In this document: positions 62,486-64,000 of the stretch, piece after piece
Layout: each line of letters opens with the position of its first letter
How positions within the stretch are numbered: position 1 is the stretch's first letter
NCBI GenBank assembly: GCA_965153355.1
Contig: OZ231126.1
Span: forward strand, 8,804,001-8,868,000
DNA from: Flaccisagitta enflata
Lineage: Eukaryota
Length of the DNA: 64,000 bases
Reading direction: 5' to 3'
Position numbers and translations under genes: made by a program
Notes under the pieces: generated by a model
Seen by the model: the letters and a program-made list of their open reading frames with translations, nothing else
Databases searched by the model: none
What the model was told of the DNA's origin: nothing

Positions 62486-62830
62486 CTTATAAGTTAACCA
62501 ATCCATGTCATTTTTCAAACGACGAAAAATGATCGCCGTCAAGACGAGAGATGGCAGCATAAACAAACAAAAGATGGAAACCAAAGCTGAGAGCCAAATG
62601 ACCCACAGCACCCAATCTCCAAAACGGCGCAAAACGTAAACAAAAGGAATCAAAATGGAAACGCAGAGGATTTGAAGGCCAACCACGACAATCGACAAGA
62701 TTAAGGAGGAAAGCGATAGTTTTTTTATTATCATCCATCTTTGTTTGTTGTCGTTTGATCTTTGTTTGTTGTCGTTTGATTCATTTTCTTGTTCATCCGT
62801 TCTTCCGCCTTCTTTATTGTTAAGTTCCAT
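62486..62830 (-). CDS. Exon 1 of a predicted 4-TM membrane protein
   Basis: ATG with A at -3; hydrophilic N-terminus then two hydrophobic segments; donor AAG|GTAAGA after ..DWLTYK, phase 0. Confidence 0.7.
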
Positions 62831-63597
62831 ATTGTTTCACTGTCAAATGCCAAGTCTCGTTGATCATGAAATCTGTTTGCAAATTTGATATCTATCAGGA
62901 GCAGAGTTTTAGTTCATCGATCTTTTTTAGTCATTTGTATTCCTCGTTCATTAGTACCTCCACAAAAAGCGCATGAGAGCATTTACCAAGATAGCAATTT
63001 CAAAGACTTTTAAAAGGAAACGAAACAATGACCAAGAAATCGATTATTGAAATAAAGTCACTTTAATGGGCTTCCTCACTCATGGAATTGAATAGATCAT
63101 TGCATGAATTATGAATACAAAACGTGGTAATGGCAAGTTGATAGCAAGTTAATGACTTAATGGATTACTGTCAAGATCCCGGATCGTCGTGCAGAAAAAA
63201 TCGAGACGAGTACGTTTTGTCTTGTAACTTCCTCAGCGGAGATTTGAGCAGAGTGAGCTAAAAAGCCTGAGCTGACTTGCCCGAGCTAAACAACTTGCGC
63301 TAACAGATGGAGTGAGCAGCCAAGCTGCTCATTAAGAATCAAGACGTTTCAAAGATCAAACAATACGTATCAGCTAAGGCCAACCGAAAATTCGAACGTC
63401 ATTGGTTCAATTTCTTTTTGTCTCTCGATAAGTGACAAGAACTACAGATTAGATAACGATGACTACATGTAAACACCGGATTTCTTCTCAAACCGTAATT
63501 GGTCTAATCAAATTCAAAATTTGGCAAATAAGTAACTTCAAAAATCAGAACGTCCAAACTCCAAAGCAAGACGGCAATCTGATGGGAGCAAAGTCGC

Positions 63598-64000
63598 ATA
63601 AGGGCGATGTTAAATTAGGGCAATGTCACATTAGGGCAATGTCACATTAAGGCAATGTTAGATTAGGGCAATGTCACATTAGGGCGAAGTTGAATTAGGG
63701 CAATGTCACATTAGGGCAATGTCACATTAGGGCAATAATAGATTAGGGCATTGTCACATTAGGGCGATGTTGAATTAGGGCAATGGTATATTAGGGCAAT
63801 GTAACATTAAGGCAATGTCACATAAGGGCAATGTCACATTAAGGCAATATTAGATTAGGGCAATGTCATATTAGGGCAATGTCACATTAGGGCGATGTTG
63901 AATCAGGGCAATGTCACATTAGGGCAATGTCACATTAAGGCAATGTTAGATTAGGACGATGTCACATTAGGGCAATGTCACATTAAGGCAATGTTAGATT
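63598..64000. repeat. 16-bp satellite (TTAGGGCAATGTCACA)n, runs off the window
   Basis: About 25 visible units; a variant unit (ggcgatgttgaa-like) recurs at ~63603, 63683, 63763 and 63891. Confidence 0.9.

Overview
Repeat-rich eukaryotic DNA (metazoan, probably invertebrate). No prokaryotic features and no CRISPR array. Host genes: (i) the 3' part of a >1,100-codon low-complexity ORF running in from the left edge and ending in a polybasic + CaaX-like tail; (ii) an isolated, intronless histone H1 gene with a 3' histone stem-loop; (iii) a two-exon, 188-aa four-transmembrane gene on the minus strand, seen only after splicing; (iv) scattered symmetric phase-1 plus-strand exons that may belong to a large host gene. 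Mobile DNA: a CsRn1-clade Ty3/Gypsy element with intact gag and pol and a -1 frameshift signal but no 5' LTR; a gag-only BEL/Pao LTR element (~913-bp LTRs, CTGTT TSD) interrupted by a Tc1/mariner MITE; a hAT element carrying a 5'-truncated RLE-type non-LTR retrotransposon; many MITE and HINE/pearl-like elements, often nested; satellites and long microsatellites. Most short ORFs in the track are microsatellite or antisense artefacts. All calls were made by eye, without database searches.
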